A stretch of 63,889 nt of DNA, counting the filler, from Candidatus Woesearchaeota archaeon (GTDB lineage Archaea > Nanobdellota > Nanobdellia > Woesearchaeales > GCA-2685855), in assembly GCA_002685855.1 (NCBI GenBank). It is 4 parts of 4 records of this genome, joined end to end, with 100 filler letters (N's around TTAATTAATTAA, not from the genome) between each part and the next. Parts side by side here need not be neighbours in the genome. Positions count along the whole stretch, not along the records: positions 18,795 to 40,388 come from NYYS01000033.1; 3 more parts are not named here. One strand, given 5' to 3'. Below the pieces are notes generated by a model. The model was given only the letters and a program-made list of their open reading frames with translations. It searched no databases and was not told the DNA's origin. Position numbers and translations under genes: made by a program. Below are positions 28,811-38,563 of this stretch, one piece after another (position 1 is the first letter of the stretch; each line of letters begins with the position of its first letter).

Positions 28811-29983
28811 TTAGTGTTCTTTAAGGAAGAGGTAGATGATGGGGATGATAAACATGGCTATTGCGGATAGTTTGAATGCGGTGTTGATGGTGTAGAGGTC
28901 TGCAAGGTATCCTATGATGGGTGTGCAGATTGCGAGTCCTAATCGTGCGAAGAAATTATATGTTGAAAGCACTGTAGCTCGTTTACTGGACTGTGCTTCT
29001 GCATTGATGAGGTGATAGATGATGGGATTTCTGAGGCCGAAGAATATTGAGGGGATTGCCCAGAAGATTGCTGCTGTGTATTTTGTTGAGAGGGTTGCGA
29101 GGAGGAGGAAGAGGGGTGTTCCGATTGTTGAGATGAGGAGTGTGTTTTTGTTTCCTATTTTTTCTGATAGTGAATGGGCGAGGTAGTGTCCAACCGAGGA
29201 TAATGCAAATATAGATGCGGTGATGATTCCAAAGTAGACAAGGGGGATCTCTTTGAAGGTGAAAAATATAGACATTAAACGGTGTAATGATTCTCCTAAT
29301 CCCCACAGCAGGAATCCTGCAATGAAGAGGATGATGAGTTGGTAATCAGAGAGAACAATTTTTAGTGATTCTTTTGCATGTTTGAGGATGTTTTTGTCTG
29401 TTTCTTGTTCATAAGATGGTTCTTTCAGGAAGAATGTTAGGATAAGGACAATTATGATTGGAAGCATTGACACAACTACAGGAAGAGATAAAGATATTGT
29501 TGCGAGAAATCCTCCTATAAGTGATCCTGCTGTTGCACCAAATGGCCAAAGAGCAGAATATGTTCCAATTATTTTTTTATAGTGTTTTTCTTTTTTTTCT
29601 TCTTTTAATGTGTCGTAGATGAGGGCCTGGTCTGCCCCGCTTGTAAGGCTTTGGGCAAAGGCGTTAAAAATTGCGAATATGATAAACACGTATAAATTCC
29701 TACCAAAATAGAGGAATGTGAATCCAATGAGTGCAGAGATATTTGCAATTATGATTGTTTTTTTTCTTCCAAAAAGATCTGCAAGGGCTCCTGTAGGGAT
29801 TTCAAAGAGTGTAATGGCTATCGCTTGTGTTGAAAAGATGATTGCAACATTGGTTATGGTGAAGAGATGTGTTTCGAGGTAGAGTGCGATGATGGGGAGG
29901 AAGAAGAGGAGTCCTCCAATTATGTGGATGGCATACATTAAGGGAATGTTTTTTGATTTTATTCCTGCTTGTTTGAGATACAT
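28811..29983 (-). CDS. MFS transporter
   Basis: 12 TM segments; EIPTGALADLFGRKK motif A; SGADQALIYDTL. Confidence 0.92.
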   Translation of the reverse strand: MYLKQAGIKSKNIPLMYAIHIIGGLLFFLPIIALYLETHLFTITNVAIIFSTQAIAITLFEIPTGALADLFGRKKTIIIANISALIGFTFLYFGRNLYVFIIFAIFNAFAQSLTSGADQALIYDTLKEEKKEKHYKKIIGTYSALWPFGATAGSLIGGFLATISLSLPVVVSMLPIIIVLILTFFLKEPSYEQETDKNILKHAKESLKIVLSDYQLIILFIAGFLLWGLGESLHRLMSIFFTFKEIPLVYFGIITASIFALSSVGHYLAHSLSEKIGNKNTLLISTIGTPLFLLLATLSTKYTAAIFWAIPSIFFGLRNPIIYHLINAEAQSSKRATVLSTYNFFARLGLAICTPIIGYLADLYTINTAFKLSAIAMFIIPIIYLFLKEH

Positions 29984-30121
29984 AAAGGGGTTTGGGTTTT
30001 GTTTAGTTTAAAAGGTTTATTGGTTAGAGGAATTGTCTGGTTTGGTTGAATTAATTACAATATAGCTAATAATTATTGGAGTAAGGGATAGGTATAAAAG
30101 AGGGGGCATATCTGCAAGTGA

Positions 30122-31081
30122 ATGGCGGCGTATGAACCTATTCCAATAAAGGAGTTGAAGATCAAGAAGGGGTTTGAGGAGAGGTATCAAAAGATTCTTG
30201 GGGAGCGGTATGATGAGTTTCTGGAGTGCAGTACGAGTTATATTCGGAAGAGTATTCGTGTGAATGGGTTGAAGATTGGTGTGAAGGAGTGTGTGAAAAG
30301 GCTTTCAAAAAATTGGGTGTTGGAGCCGATTCCTTGGTGTAAGGAGGGGTTCTGGATTACGCATCGTAGGGAGAAGCGGTTTGATATTGGGAATACGCCG
30401 GAGCACCAGTTGGGGTATATTTATGTGCAGGATGCTGCGAGTATGTTGCCGCCTGTTGTTATGAAGCCGAAGAAGGGGAGTGTTGTTTTGGATTTGTGTG
30501 CGAGTCCGGGGAGCAAGACGACGCAATTGGCTGCGATGATGGAGAATCAAGGGGTGTTGATTGCGAATGATGTTCAGGGGAGCAGGATTAAGCCGCTGGG
30601 TATGAACTTGATGCGGTGTGGGACGACGAATACTATTATTACGCAGATGTCGGGTGTTGGGTTTAAGAAACATGAGGGAAGGTATGATTTTATTTTGGTT
30701 GATGCTCCATGTAGTGGGACAGGGACGGTTCGGAGGAGTTTGAAGACGCTGCAGATGTGGAGTCCAGGTCTTGTGAAAAAGATGGCAGGGATTCAGAAGC
30801 AGTTGTTATTGGCAGCTTCTACTGCGTTGAAGCCGGGCGGTGTGCTGGTGTATAGTACGTGTACGTTGGAGCCAGAGGAGGATGAGGGGATGGTTTCAAA
30901 TATTTTGGAGTTGACTGATTTGGAGACAGAGGATATTAAATTGGATATTGTGCGGAGTGATCCTGTTGTTGAGTGGGAAGGAAAGGAGTATGCTGATGGT
31001 GTTCGGAAGTGTTTGCGGATCTATCCCCAGGATAATGATACAGAAGGTTTTTTTGTTGCGCGGATGAGGAAGAAGAAATGA
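30122..31081 (+). CDS. NOL1/NOP2/Sun (RsmB/F) RNA m5C methyltransferase
   Basis: YVQDAASM, DLCASPGSKT, LVDAPCSGTG, VYSTCT, GFFVA. Confidence 0.95.
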   Translation: MAAYEPIPIKELKIKKGFEERYQKILGERYDEFLECSTSYIRKSIRVNGLKIGVKECVKRLSKNWVLEPIPWCKEGFWITHRREKRFDIGNTPEHQLGYIYVQDAASMLPPVVMKPKKGSVVLDLCASPGSKTTQLAAMMENQGVLIANDVQGSRIKPLGMNLMRCGTTNTIITQMSGVGFKKHEGRYDFILVDAPCSGTGTVRRSLKTLQMWSPGLVKKMAGIQKQLLLAASTALKPGGVLVYSTCTLEPEEDEGMVSNILELTDLETEDIKLDIVRSDPVVEWEGKEYADGVRKCLRIYPQDNDTEGFFVARMRKKK

Positions 31082-32046
31082 CGGAGTGGATGTTAGATGA
31101 TAAGAGGATGTTGTTTGTTCTGAATCCTCATGCAGGAAAGAATGGGACGTGGAGGAGGGCGGATGAACAGCGGTTGTTGCGGTTGGCAGAGGATGTTACA
31201 ATTCTGAAGACGAGTCGTGCAACCCGGACAAGGGAGGCGATTATTGGTATTGATGATCTTGATCTTATTGGTGTGTATGGGGGGGAGGGGACTGTTGGAA
31301 ATGTTACGCGTGCTATTGTTGAGAAGGGAGTGGATATGCCTCTGGGGTATTTAGGAGGTGGATCGTTTCATGGTGCGTGGAGCAAGGTGACAGGTGTTAC
31401 GAATTTTGAGCAGGGCATGAAGGCGTTGCAGGCTGGAAAGAAGAGAGGGGTTGATCTTTTTGAGATTGAGACAGATACGGGTGAAACAAGGATAGGGTTT
31501 ATGGCGGGGTTTAGGATTGATGGGATTATCTCACGAAATAGATATTTGCTCAGAAAGAGAGGAATTAATGAACGGAAACGAGCAGTGATTAAGGAGGTGT
31601 TGGGTTATGAGTCTGCACACGTGTTGTTGAAGGGAACGGATGTGAATGTTCTACGGGGTGATAGGTCCGGTATTGAAGAACGGCGTGGTGAGGGTAGGAC
31701 GATAGCAGATCTTAGTGAAAAGATGTTGGAGGTTGATTCGATGATTGTGAGTTCTTTTCCGTATATGAAGATGAGGGGGAAGGAATGTGTTGAAGGGAGT
31801 TGTCTTTATGCCACGCTTTTTTCTGCAATGGAACGTCCTCAGCGGCTTACTGCCATTAGTTTCAAGGAAGGATTGCCTTCACGAAGATTTCCGTCTTATC
31901 AGATTGTGGCAAAGAGGTTGGAGGTTACAAGTTTGGCGATGGATCGTCCGCTGCCTATTATGGTAAATGGGACTTGGTTTGATACAGAGGCAAAGAGTTA
32001 TTCTATCACCTTGTTGTCTGAAGCAGTTGATGCGGTTGTGAAGTAG
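31078..32046 (+). CDS. Diacylglycerol-kinase-like protein (divergent)
   Basis: VLNPHAG, GVYGGEGT (canonical GGDGT), PLGYLGGGS. Confidence 0.65.
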   Translation: MTEWMLDDKRMLFVLNPHAGKNGTWRRADEQRLLRLAEDVTILKTSRATRTREAIIGIDDLDLIGVYGGEGTVGNVTRAIVEKGVDMPLGYLGGGSFHGAWSKVTGVTNFEQGMKALQAGKKRGVDLFEIETDTGETRIGFMAGFRIDGIISRNRYLLRKRGINERKRAVIKEVLGYESAHVLLKGTDVNVLRGDRSGIEERRGEGRTIADLSEKMLEVDSMIVSSFPYMKMRGKECVEGSCLYATLFSAMERPQRLTAISFKEGLPSRRFPSYQIVAKRLEVTSLAMDRPLPIMVNGTWFDTEAKSYSITLLSEAVDAVVK

Positions 32047-32079
32047 AACTCTTTTATTCTTTTGATGTTCTTGAAGTGC

Positions 32080-32655
32080 TTATTGGGGGGATGTTTTTTC
32101 TACTGCGTTTGTTAATCGTTCTATTGCGTCCCAGGATTTTTTTTGTTTTTTGTTTGCGTGATCGATGAGATAGCTGAGGTAGTCATCAGTGATGAGTTTC
32201 TGTTTGTCGAAGACGGGTGTGGAGAGTTGTTCTGCGCTGATGAGTTCGATGTTGATCTTTTTTCGTGTAGAGAAGATTCCTGATCTTCTGAAGCCGTTTT
32301 CTCTTGCTTTGTCTACTATCTGTTGTGCTGCTTCGAGTGTTTTGGCGCAGATGTGGAGGATGACTGACTCTTGTTTGAAGAAGATCTTGTGTTGGCCGTT
32401 GTAGGTGTTGAGTGTTTGTTTGAATTGTTCTGGGTTGGCAAGGTCGTGGGTGATGATGAGCCAGTTTGCAAAGCGTTTGTCGTTTCCTTTCTGGAGTTCG
32501 AGGAAGGCGACTCGTCCTGAACAGGAGGAGAGGGTGAATAAGCAGGGATTTTTGTTGATGATGTTGCAGAGGTTCTGGATTCTAGTGTCTATTGTTCCTT
32601 TTTTGGATTTATCGAGTCGAGAAAGGATCTGTTCTTTAGTGTCTTCGAAGGTCAT
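32080..32655 (-). CDS. taw3: tRNA wyosine methyltransferase Taw3/TYW3
   Basis: DKSKKGTID, TLSSCSGR, WLIITH, ILHI, GFRRSGI. Confidence 0.9.
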   Translation of the reverse strand: MTFEDTKEQILSRLDKSKKGTIDTRIQNLCNIINKNPCLFTLSSCSGRVAFLELQKGNDKRFANWLIITHDLANPEQFKQTLNTYNGQHKIFFKQESVILHICAKTLEAAQQIVDKARENGFRRSGIFSTRKKINIELISAEQLSTPVFDKQKLITDDYLSYLIDHANKKQKKSWDAIERLTNAVEKTSPQ

Positions 32656-32765
32656 TGTATGAGAAGAGGCCACTAGTATATATAGTTTTTTTAGGTTTTA
32701 TTATTCTGTTATCGTCACAACAGGTTTATATAGGACTGGGTTGTTGATGTAGAAAGGTGGTGCTA

Positions 32766-34166
32766 ATGATTGAAGATAGAGAAGAGATAGATTCGTGTAA
32801 GGATGCTTTGGATTATTTAGAGGGAGAAGGGGTTCGTTCAGTGAAGTTATGATTTCCTGATATTCTGGGAAGGATTAACGGAGTTACGGTTCCAATGAAT
32901 GAGGCAAGGGAGGGCCTTGCAGAGGGTGTTGGGTTTGATGGGAGCTCTGTGCAGGGATTTGTGCGGATTTTTGAGAGCGATCTGGTGTTGCGAGCGAAGC
33001 CTAAGACTACGTTTATAATCCCAGATCTGTACAAAAGAGATGATGGTGTTGGAGGGATGTTTTGTGATGTGTATACTCCTGAAGGTGAACGGTATGAGGG
33101 GGATTCTTTTTCTGTACTTGAACGACAGGTTGAACGGGCACGAGAGAAGGGTTTTCATTCTGTGAATATGGGTCCTGAGTTGGAGTTTTTTTTGTTGAAG
33201 GATGATAGGCAAGGGGATGTTCGGGAAAAGTTGCTGGATCGCGGGCATTATTTTGGTGAGGGGGCGGATGAGTATGGATGGGTTCGAAGAGAGATTGTAG
33301 ATTGTCTTGAGGATTTGGAGATTCATGTTGAGGCAGATCATCATGAGGTTGCTCCATCGCAACACGAGATTAACTTGAGGTATCTTCCTGCTTCTGAGAT
33401 GGCTGCAACTGCGATGTTGTATAGGTATTTGGTAAAGGAGGTTGCGAAGAGTCATGAGTTGTATGCTACGTTTATGCCGAAGCCGTTGCAGGGACAGAAT
33501 GGGAGTGGAATGCATGTACATCAGAGTTTGTTTCGTTCTGAAGGAGAGAGTCAGAAAAATGCGTTTTATGATGAAGAAGGAGCGATGCATCTTTCGAAAA
33601 CAGCTCAGCAGTATATTGCAGGGATTTTGAAACATGCCCCAGAGATTGCAGCTGTTACGAATCAATGGGTGAATAGTTATCAGCGGCTTGTTCCGGGGTT
33701 TGAGGCTCCGACCTGGCTGGCGTGGGGACAGAAGAATCGGTCTGCACTTGTGCGGGTTCCACAGTACAAACCTGGCAAAGAGAATTCAACAAGGATAGAG
33801 GTGCGGTTTCCTGATCCTGCGTGTAATATTCCTCTGGCGTTTGCGATGATGATTGGTGCGGGATTGGAAGGGATTGAGAGAGGGTATGAGCTTCGTGATC
33901 CAGTTGAGAAGGACATCTTTCTGCTAAGTGGTTTTGAACGGGAGGAGTTGAGTCTTCAAACGTTGCCAGGAAGTTTAGAGGAGGCTACTGCACGGATGGA
34001 GAGTAGTGAACTTGCCCGAAATGTTTTGGGAGATCATATATTTGGCAAGCTTGTTGAAAACCAGAAGATGGAGTGGAGAGAGTACTGGCTTGAGGCACGA
34101 GGAAGGGATCGCGAGGATCATCTTGTGACACGGTATGAGCTGGAACGGTTGTTGCCTGTTCTATAG
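32766..34166 (+). pseudogene. glnA: Glutamine synthetase type I with in-frame TGA at codon 29 (32850-32852); pseudogene, recoding or sequence error
   Basis: SD AGGTGG, ATG 32766, VRSVKL*FPDILG in frame with FDGSS, GPELEFF, HHEVAPSQHEI, ATFMPKP, NGSGMHVHQS, RLVPGFEAP, RIEVRFPD. Confidence 0.85.
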
Positions 34167-34283
34167 ATAGAAAAAGAGAATTCTTCCAATTATCTCGAAG
34201 ATCTTTCGGAATTTTTTGGAGTACACTTTTTAAGAACTTTCTATACATAGTTAAACACCAACGTTGTTGGTGGAGGAATAGCT

Positions 34284-34742
34284 ATGGGAAAGTTTTATTA
34301 TGCAACAGTACGTGAAAGAGTTCCGACACAGGAAAGGGCTGATGAGGAGGGATTACAGTATCTTGAAAAAAGGTTGGATCCTGAAAGTCATCTTGATGGG
34401 ACTGTGCAGGATTTATTGAATTATCTTCTGTCTTCTGAAACAGATAGTTTGAATCCTGAACCGTATGATACGACGCAGGAACATGTGGGAGCGGTAATTC
34501 GAGATATCTTAGAAAAGCCTTCCTTTGAATATAGTATCTTTGCATTGGAACGGAGTTCTGATGGACTGGTGGAGGAGGAGGATCTGAGTAAGAGGGTTAT
34601 TGATCTTGAGGGGACTGTAGGAGAGTATATGGAGCGGTTTGGAAATACAAGAAGTTTCACTCTTGGATCGGATAATAGTGTTGAGGCTCGCGGGCTGGAC
34701 ATCTATCTTTATGAAAATATGATCGGTGGAAATGTCGATTAA
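34284..34742 (+). CDS. Divergent ubiquitin-like (beta-grasp) protein with C-terminal GG-NVD
   Basis: TVQDLLNYLL helix, IDLEGTVGEY (cf. ubiquitin LEDGRTLSDY), final strand LDIYLYENMIGG; first gene of the E2/E1/JAB operon; SD GGTGGAGG. Confidence 0.65.
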   Translation: MGKFYYATVRERVPTQERADEEGLQYLEKRLDPESHLDGTVQDLLNYLLSSETDSLNPEPYDTTQEHVGAVIRDILEKPSFEYSIFALERSSDGLVEEEDLSKRVIDLEGTVGEYMERFGNTRSFTLGSDNSVEARGLDIYLYENMIGGNVD

Positions 34743-35955
34743 GATTCCTCCTACTTTTCTGGATGAGATCGCTGCTTCAAATGAACCTGTGTTTTTTTTC
34801 CAAGGGTTTGTTTATAGTTTGGATTATGGGGAAGTAGGTTCTGAAGATGCAGGAATTCGTATTGGAAAGAAAAGGTATGGTGTGTGTAAGGGGGATTCTT
34901 TTGGGTGTTTGGAGAGGCGTTATGTTGAGCAGTATCGGAAGCAGTTTCAAGAATTGCGTAAAGAAAAGGCGGGAAGATTGTTTCAGAAGCTTTTTCATTT
35001 AAAGGATGAGCTTGAAGATTTGTTGTGTGCTGAAGAGAGGGGGTTTGACCTAAAGCAGTTTGTGTTTGGTTCTGTATATAGATCTTGGCAGGCGAAAGAT
35101 AAAGGATATCTTTCAGAGGAGGTTGATTTGAATTCGGATCAGGGGTTTGAGAATGTGAATCGGTTGTTGTCTGAAACATTTGTGGAAGAAACTCCTTTGG
35201 AAAAGGTTGTTGATATTCCTTATTTGCATTTTCAACAGCGAGTGTATGGTGTTGAGTGTGAACAGGAGGGTGTGTTTTGCTTGGGGGATTTTGTTGCAGG
35301 AATTGATCATTTTTTTGATGCGTATAAACGGATGGTTACAGATATTGTGGAACGGGTGATTGAGCGCAAGAATTCTCTTTTAGAGGATCGGTTACGGGGT
35401 TTGGAGGGAATGAGGCGACGAGTTGTAGGTGAAAGGGAGGCTTTGAAATTGAATGGGTGTGAGCGTGAGGGTGTCGGGTATACAGAGATTGATGGAGAGT
35501 TGTTTGTTTATTGTGTTCAGGAAGAGTTTATTATTGAGAAGGATGGTAATTTTTATCTTTTTCCTGAGGTAAAGATCGGAGTTCCTGTTGCGGTGAGCGG
35601 CGAGGGAATTGATATTCGTGGGAGGGCGAAGTTTCTAACGTACGACTATCATCATCCTTTTAAGACCGGGATTCGTGGGCAGTTTTGTTATTCTTCGTTT
35701 GATCCTATTAATACAGGGAGAGTTCGGTCTGGACTTCGGAAGTTTGGTGAGTTTTCAGAGGATAGGATTGCAGATTCTATTACTGAACTTCTTTGGGTGG
35801 GAAAACAGATTGTGACAAAGGGGTTGTGGAAGTTGGTTCATCATCCTTTGTCTCCTGAGGTTTTTCCTGAAAATTATCTTGCAGAGGGGAGGAGTGAGGC
35901 AGAGCGGATTGGATGTGAGATCTATGTGAATAATACTCCTTTAAGCATACAATGA
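34726..35955 (+). CDS. Coiled-coil protein with C-terminal E2 (UBC)-like domain
   Basis: HHPFKTGIRGQFC resembles the E2 HPN-x7-C flap and catalytic Cys; sits between the Ubl and E1 genes. Confidence 0.55.
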   Translation: MEMSIKIPPTFLDEIAASNEPVFFFQGFVYSLDYGEVGSEDAGIRIGKKRYGVCKGDSFGCLERRYVEQYRKQFQELRKEKAGRLFQKLFHLKDELEDLLCAEERGFDLKQFVFGSVYRSWQAKDKGYLSEEVDLNSDQGFENVNRLLSETFVEETPLEKVVDIPYLHFQQRVYGVECEQEGVFCLGDFVAGIDHFFDAYKRMVTDIVERVIERKNSLLEDRLRGLEGMRRRVVGEREALKLNGCEREGVGYTEIDGELFVYCVQEEFIIEKDGNFYLFPEVKIGVPVAVSGEGIDIRGRAKFLTYDYHHPFKTGIRGQFCYSSFDPINTGRVRSGLRKFGEFSEDRIADSITELLWVGKQIVTKGLWKLVHHPLSPEVFPENYLAEGRSEAERIGCEIYVNNTPLSIQ

Positions 35956-37388
35956 AACGAATCGGATTGCGTGATCAAAGGAATGCTGAAGCATTTGGCG
36001 AGGAGAATGCTGAACGACTTTTAGATGGGCGGGTTGCTGTTGTTGGTTCGGGGAGTCTTGGACAGCTTGTGATGGGTTCTCTTGCAGGATTGGGAGTGAG
36101 AGGGATGTATAGTGTTGATGATGCTGTTGTTTTGGGAAATGAGCTGGAGCCATTGGTGTTGGAAAAGGAGAAAAATGCATCGAAGGTTGAAGTGATTGGA
36201 AGAAGCGTGAGAAAGATTAATGAAGATGCAGAGCTTAAAATTTCCTGTGGTAGGTTTCAGGAGTGGCAGATTCGTTCGTATTCTCCTCAGGTGGTTGTTG
36301 ATGCTTCTAATGATCCTATGAAAAAGCTGAGATGTTTTGATTATTGTGTTGATTATCGTGTACCGTTTATTTCTGGTTCGACTGATAGATATAAAGGGCG
36401 GATGGTTGTGTTTCGTCCTTTTTCTCGTCTTGTTGATCCGGGTCTTCGGTCCAGGATGATTCGATCAGGATTTTTTTTTAAAAATGAGTTGACTTTGGAT
36501 GCGTATGTTGGGAAGGAACAGAGTGGTGTCCCGAGCGGGGTTGTTGCGGGTCTTATAGTTGATCAGGTGAAACGTGTTCTTTTGAATGAGGAGAGAGGGG
36601 ATATTTTTGAAGAGATTAATTATAATCTCTATTCGAGGAAAAGGTTTGGAAGGAATGATAGTATTGTAAATTGCTTTTCTGATTATTCAAAGTATACTGC
36701 TGTTGTTGTAGGGGCAGGGGCTCTTGGGAATTTTGTTGGGATGCAGTTGGCTTTGTTAGGGTGGGGGAAGGTTTTGATTTATGATGATGACAGGATTGAG
36801 GCGCATAATAGGAATAGGCAGATGATGTTTCATTCGGGGAATGAAGGGGAGATGAAATCACGTGTGCTTTCTGAGCGTATGCGTGCGATTAATGCGAATG
36901 TTGCTGTTGAAGGATATGAGAAACGGTTTGTGTTGGGGGATGGTTTTTCTGGTGCTGATCTTGTTTTTTCGTGTGTGGATACTGCACGGACACGGTATGA
37001 GATTAGTAAGCAGGCGTTGCAGGATGAAGTTCCTGTTGTTGATGGCGGTACTACTGCGAGGAATGGAAGAATCAGTATTTTTGTTCCGGGTGAGACCTCT
37101 TGTTTGAACTGTCAGAATAATTTCAAAGAGATGGCAGATCGTCGTGAAAAAGCGGAGCAAAAGCGGTTGAGGGAGGGGGGATGTCTGTATGCTGAACGTA
37201 GTGTTGTTGTTCCGAATATAATTATTGGAAGTGCGATGGTGGGAGAGGGGTTAAAGATTGTGTATTCAGGAAAGCAAAAGGGGATTCTTGAAGGAAATTT
37301 TTTTTATGAGAGTACAAGGAAAGATCGTCCTTTTTATCTTGGACCGAGAATAAAACTTGGAACGGAGGAATGTATATGTTTGGATTGA
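35952..37388 (+). CDS. E1 activating enzyme with two ThiF/MoeB domains
   Basis: VAVVGSGSLG...VVVDASND; AVVVGAGALG..DDDRIEAHNRNRQ..SCVDT; SCLNC, GGC, C-terminal CIC. Confidence 0.9.
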   Translation: MKRIGLRDQRNAEAFGEENAERLLDGRVAVVGSGSLGQLVMGSLAGLGVRGMYSVDDAVVLGNELEPLVLEKEKNASKVEVIGRSVRKINEDAELKISCGRFQEWQIRSYSPQVVVDASNDPMKKLRCFDYCVDYRVPFISGSTDRYKGRMVVFRPFSRLVDPGLRSRMIRSGFFFKNELTLDAYVGKEQSGVPSGVVAGLIVDQVKRVLLNEERGDIFEEINYNLYSRKRFGRNDSIVNCFSDYSKYTAVVVGAGALGNFVGMQLALLGWGKVLIYDDDRIEAHNRNRQMMFHSGNEGEMKSRVLSERMRAINANVAVEGYEKRFVLGDGFSGADLVFSCVDTARTRYEISKQALQDEVPVVDGGTTARNGRISIFVPGETSCLNCQNNFKEMADRREKAEQKRLREGGCLYAERSVVVPNIIIGSAMVGEGLKIVYSGKQKGILEGNFFYESTRKDRPFYLGPRIKLGTEECICLD

Positions 37389-38563
37389 AACGAGGAAAGG
37401 GAAGTGTGAAGAATGGTTGTGGTGAGACAGGGGCAGGTGAGGGTAAGGAGGTTAAGATAGATGGAGAGGATGAAGGTGGAGAAACAGGAGGGGTTGAGAG
37501 GGGGGAGAATTCTGAGACTAATGATGTTGTTCAGGAAGATGTTGGTACAGGCAATAACGGGGGAGTGGTTAGGCGAGAGGGATGTGATGTTTGCGAGGAA
37601 GATATTGAGGTGTTGAAAGAGGATATCCGAAGGTATAATGCAAGTGCCCAACGTGTTGAAGAGGCAGAGAGACTTAAGCGGCGTGTTGTTGGGTGGTATA
37701 ATCGAGAAATTGAAGGTGAGGTTGATCGGTATCTTAAGGGAGATGAGACATTTTTTCCGGAATCTTTTTCTAGGATCGATCTGGGTAAGGAGGCGTTTGA
37801 GAAGGGTTTGAAAGCGGCACGACGGGTGTGTGAGATCGCAGAGCGACCTGTTGAGCTTTATCTTAATACAGAGGGAAGGAAGGGCGTTATTGAGGATGTT
37901 TGTATTGCCACACATCAGGAAGTTGATCATGGATTTTGCAGAATAATGCGAGGGAGAAATGGAAAGGAGTATGTTCGTGAAAATGGTCTTGATGATGTTG
38001 GTTGGATGCATAGTCATTGTGACTTTTCAACGCACCATTCGGATACCGATGACAGGAATACACTTCGTCGTCTTTTCAGAGAGGGAAGAAAAGATGTGCA
38101 TCAACCTTTTGGAGATGGGACTCGTTTTACAACCCATTATTTTTCAAGTGTGGTAATAAATACTATAGGAGGGGCTCCTTTTGGCGCTGTTGGTATGGGA
38201 TATTTTGTGTATGATCCTGATACGTATCGTCCTTGTTTTCGGTCGGTTATTCGAAAGAATGTTCCTGTTCGACTTGTTAATAGCGGTAGTGTTTCAGATT
38301 TTTCTGATCTTGACGGAGAGATTGTTGATCGGGTGGAGTATGAGAGTAAAAAAGTTCGTTTTGATCAGGGAATGGTTTCTCTTCCTGCTAAACAGTTAGA
38401 AGAGGTTTGTTTGGTGTTGGATAGGTGTATGCGTCAGTATGCTGATTTTTCTTCGGAATTGAAGGAGTATCAGAGACGAAATGATTCGAGAATGTTAGAG
38501 ATTAAACAGATTCAACAGAGGTTGGTTACTACAAAGGAGTTGCTTGACCAATATGATGTGTAA
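37376..38563 (+). CDS. JAB/MPN+ (JAMM) metalloprotease
   Basis: PVELY (catalytic Glu) and GWMHSHCDFSTHHSDTD = HxH-x7-S-x2-D; SD GGAGG 7 nt before ATG 37376; disordered N-terminus, coiled-coil C-terminus. Confidence 0.88.
   Translation: MFGLKRGKGSVKNGCGETGAGEGKEVKIDGEDEGGETGGVERGENSETNDVVQEDVGTGNNGGVVRREGCDVCEEDIEVLKEDIRRYNASAQRVEEAERLKRRVVGWYNREIEGEVDRYLKGDETFFPESFSRIDLGKEAFEKGLKAARRVCEIAERPVELYLNTEGRKGVIEDVCIATHQEVDHGFCRIMRGRNGKEYVRENGLDDVGWMHSHCDFSTHHSDTDDRNTLRRLFREGRKDVHQPFGDGTRFTTHYFSSVVINTIGGAPFGAVGMGYFVYDPDTYRPCFRSVIRKNVPVRLVNSGSVSDFSDLDGEIVDRVEYESKKVRFDQGMVSLPAKQLEEVCLVLDRCMRQYADFSSELKEYQRRNDSRMLEIKQIQQRLVTTKELLDQYDV

Noticed and set aside
32850..32852. Genome-wide UGA reassignment (code 4/25) or selenocysteine in glnA
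   Set aside because: TGA terminates conserved genes here (lysS, elp3, NOL1/NOP2 gene, E1), Trp is encoded by TGG throughout, and the position is not a Cys site
35952..37388. E1 as an ordinary thiamine/molybdopterin ThiF/MoeB
   Set aside because: Double-domain architecture, E2-like and JAB neighbours and no cofactor-biosynthesis genes nearby; not formally excluded without a phylogeny
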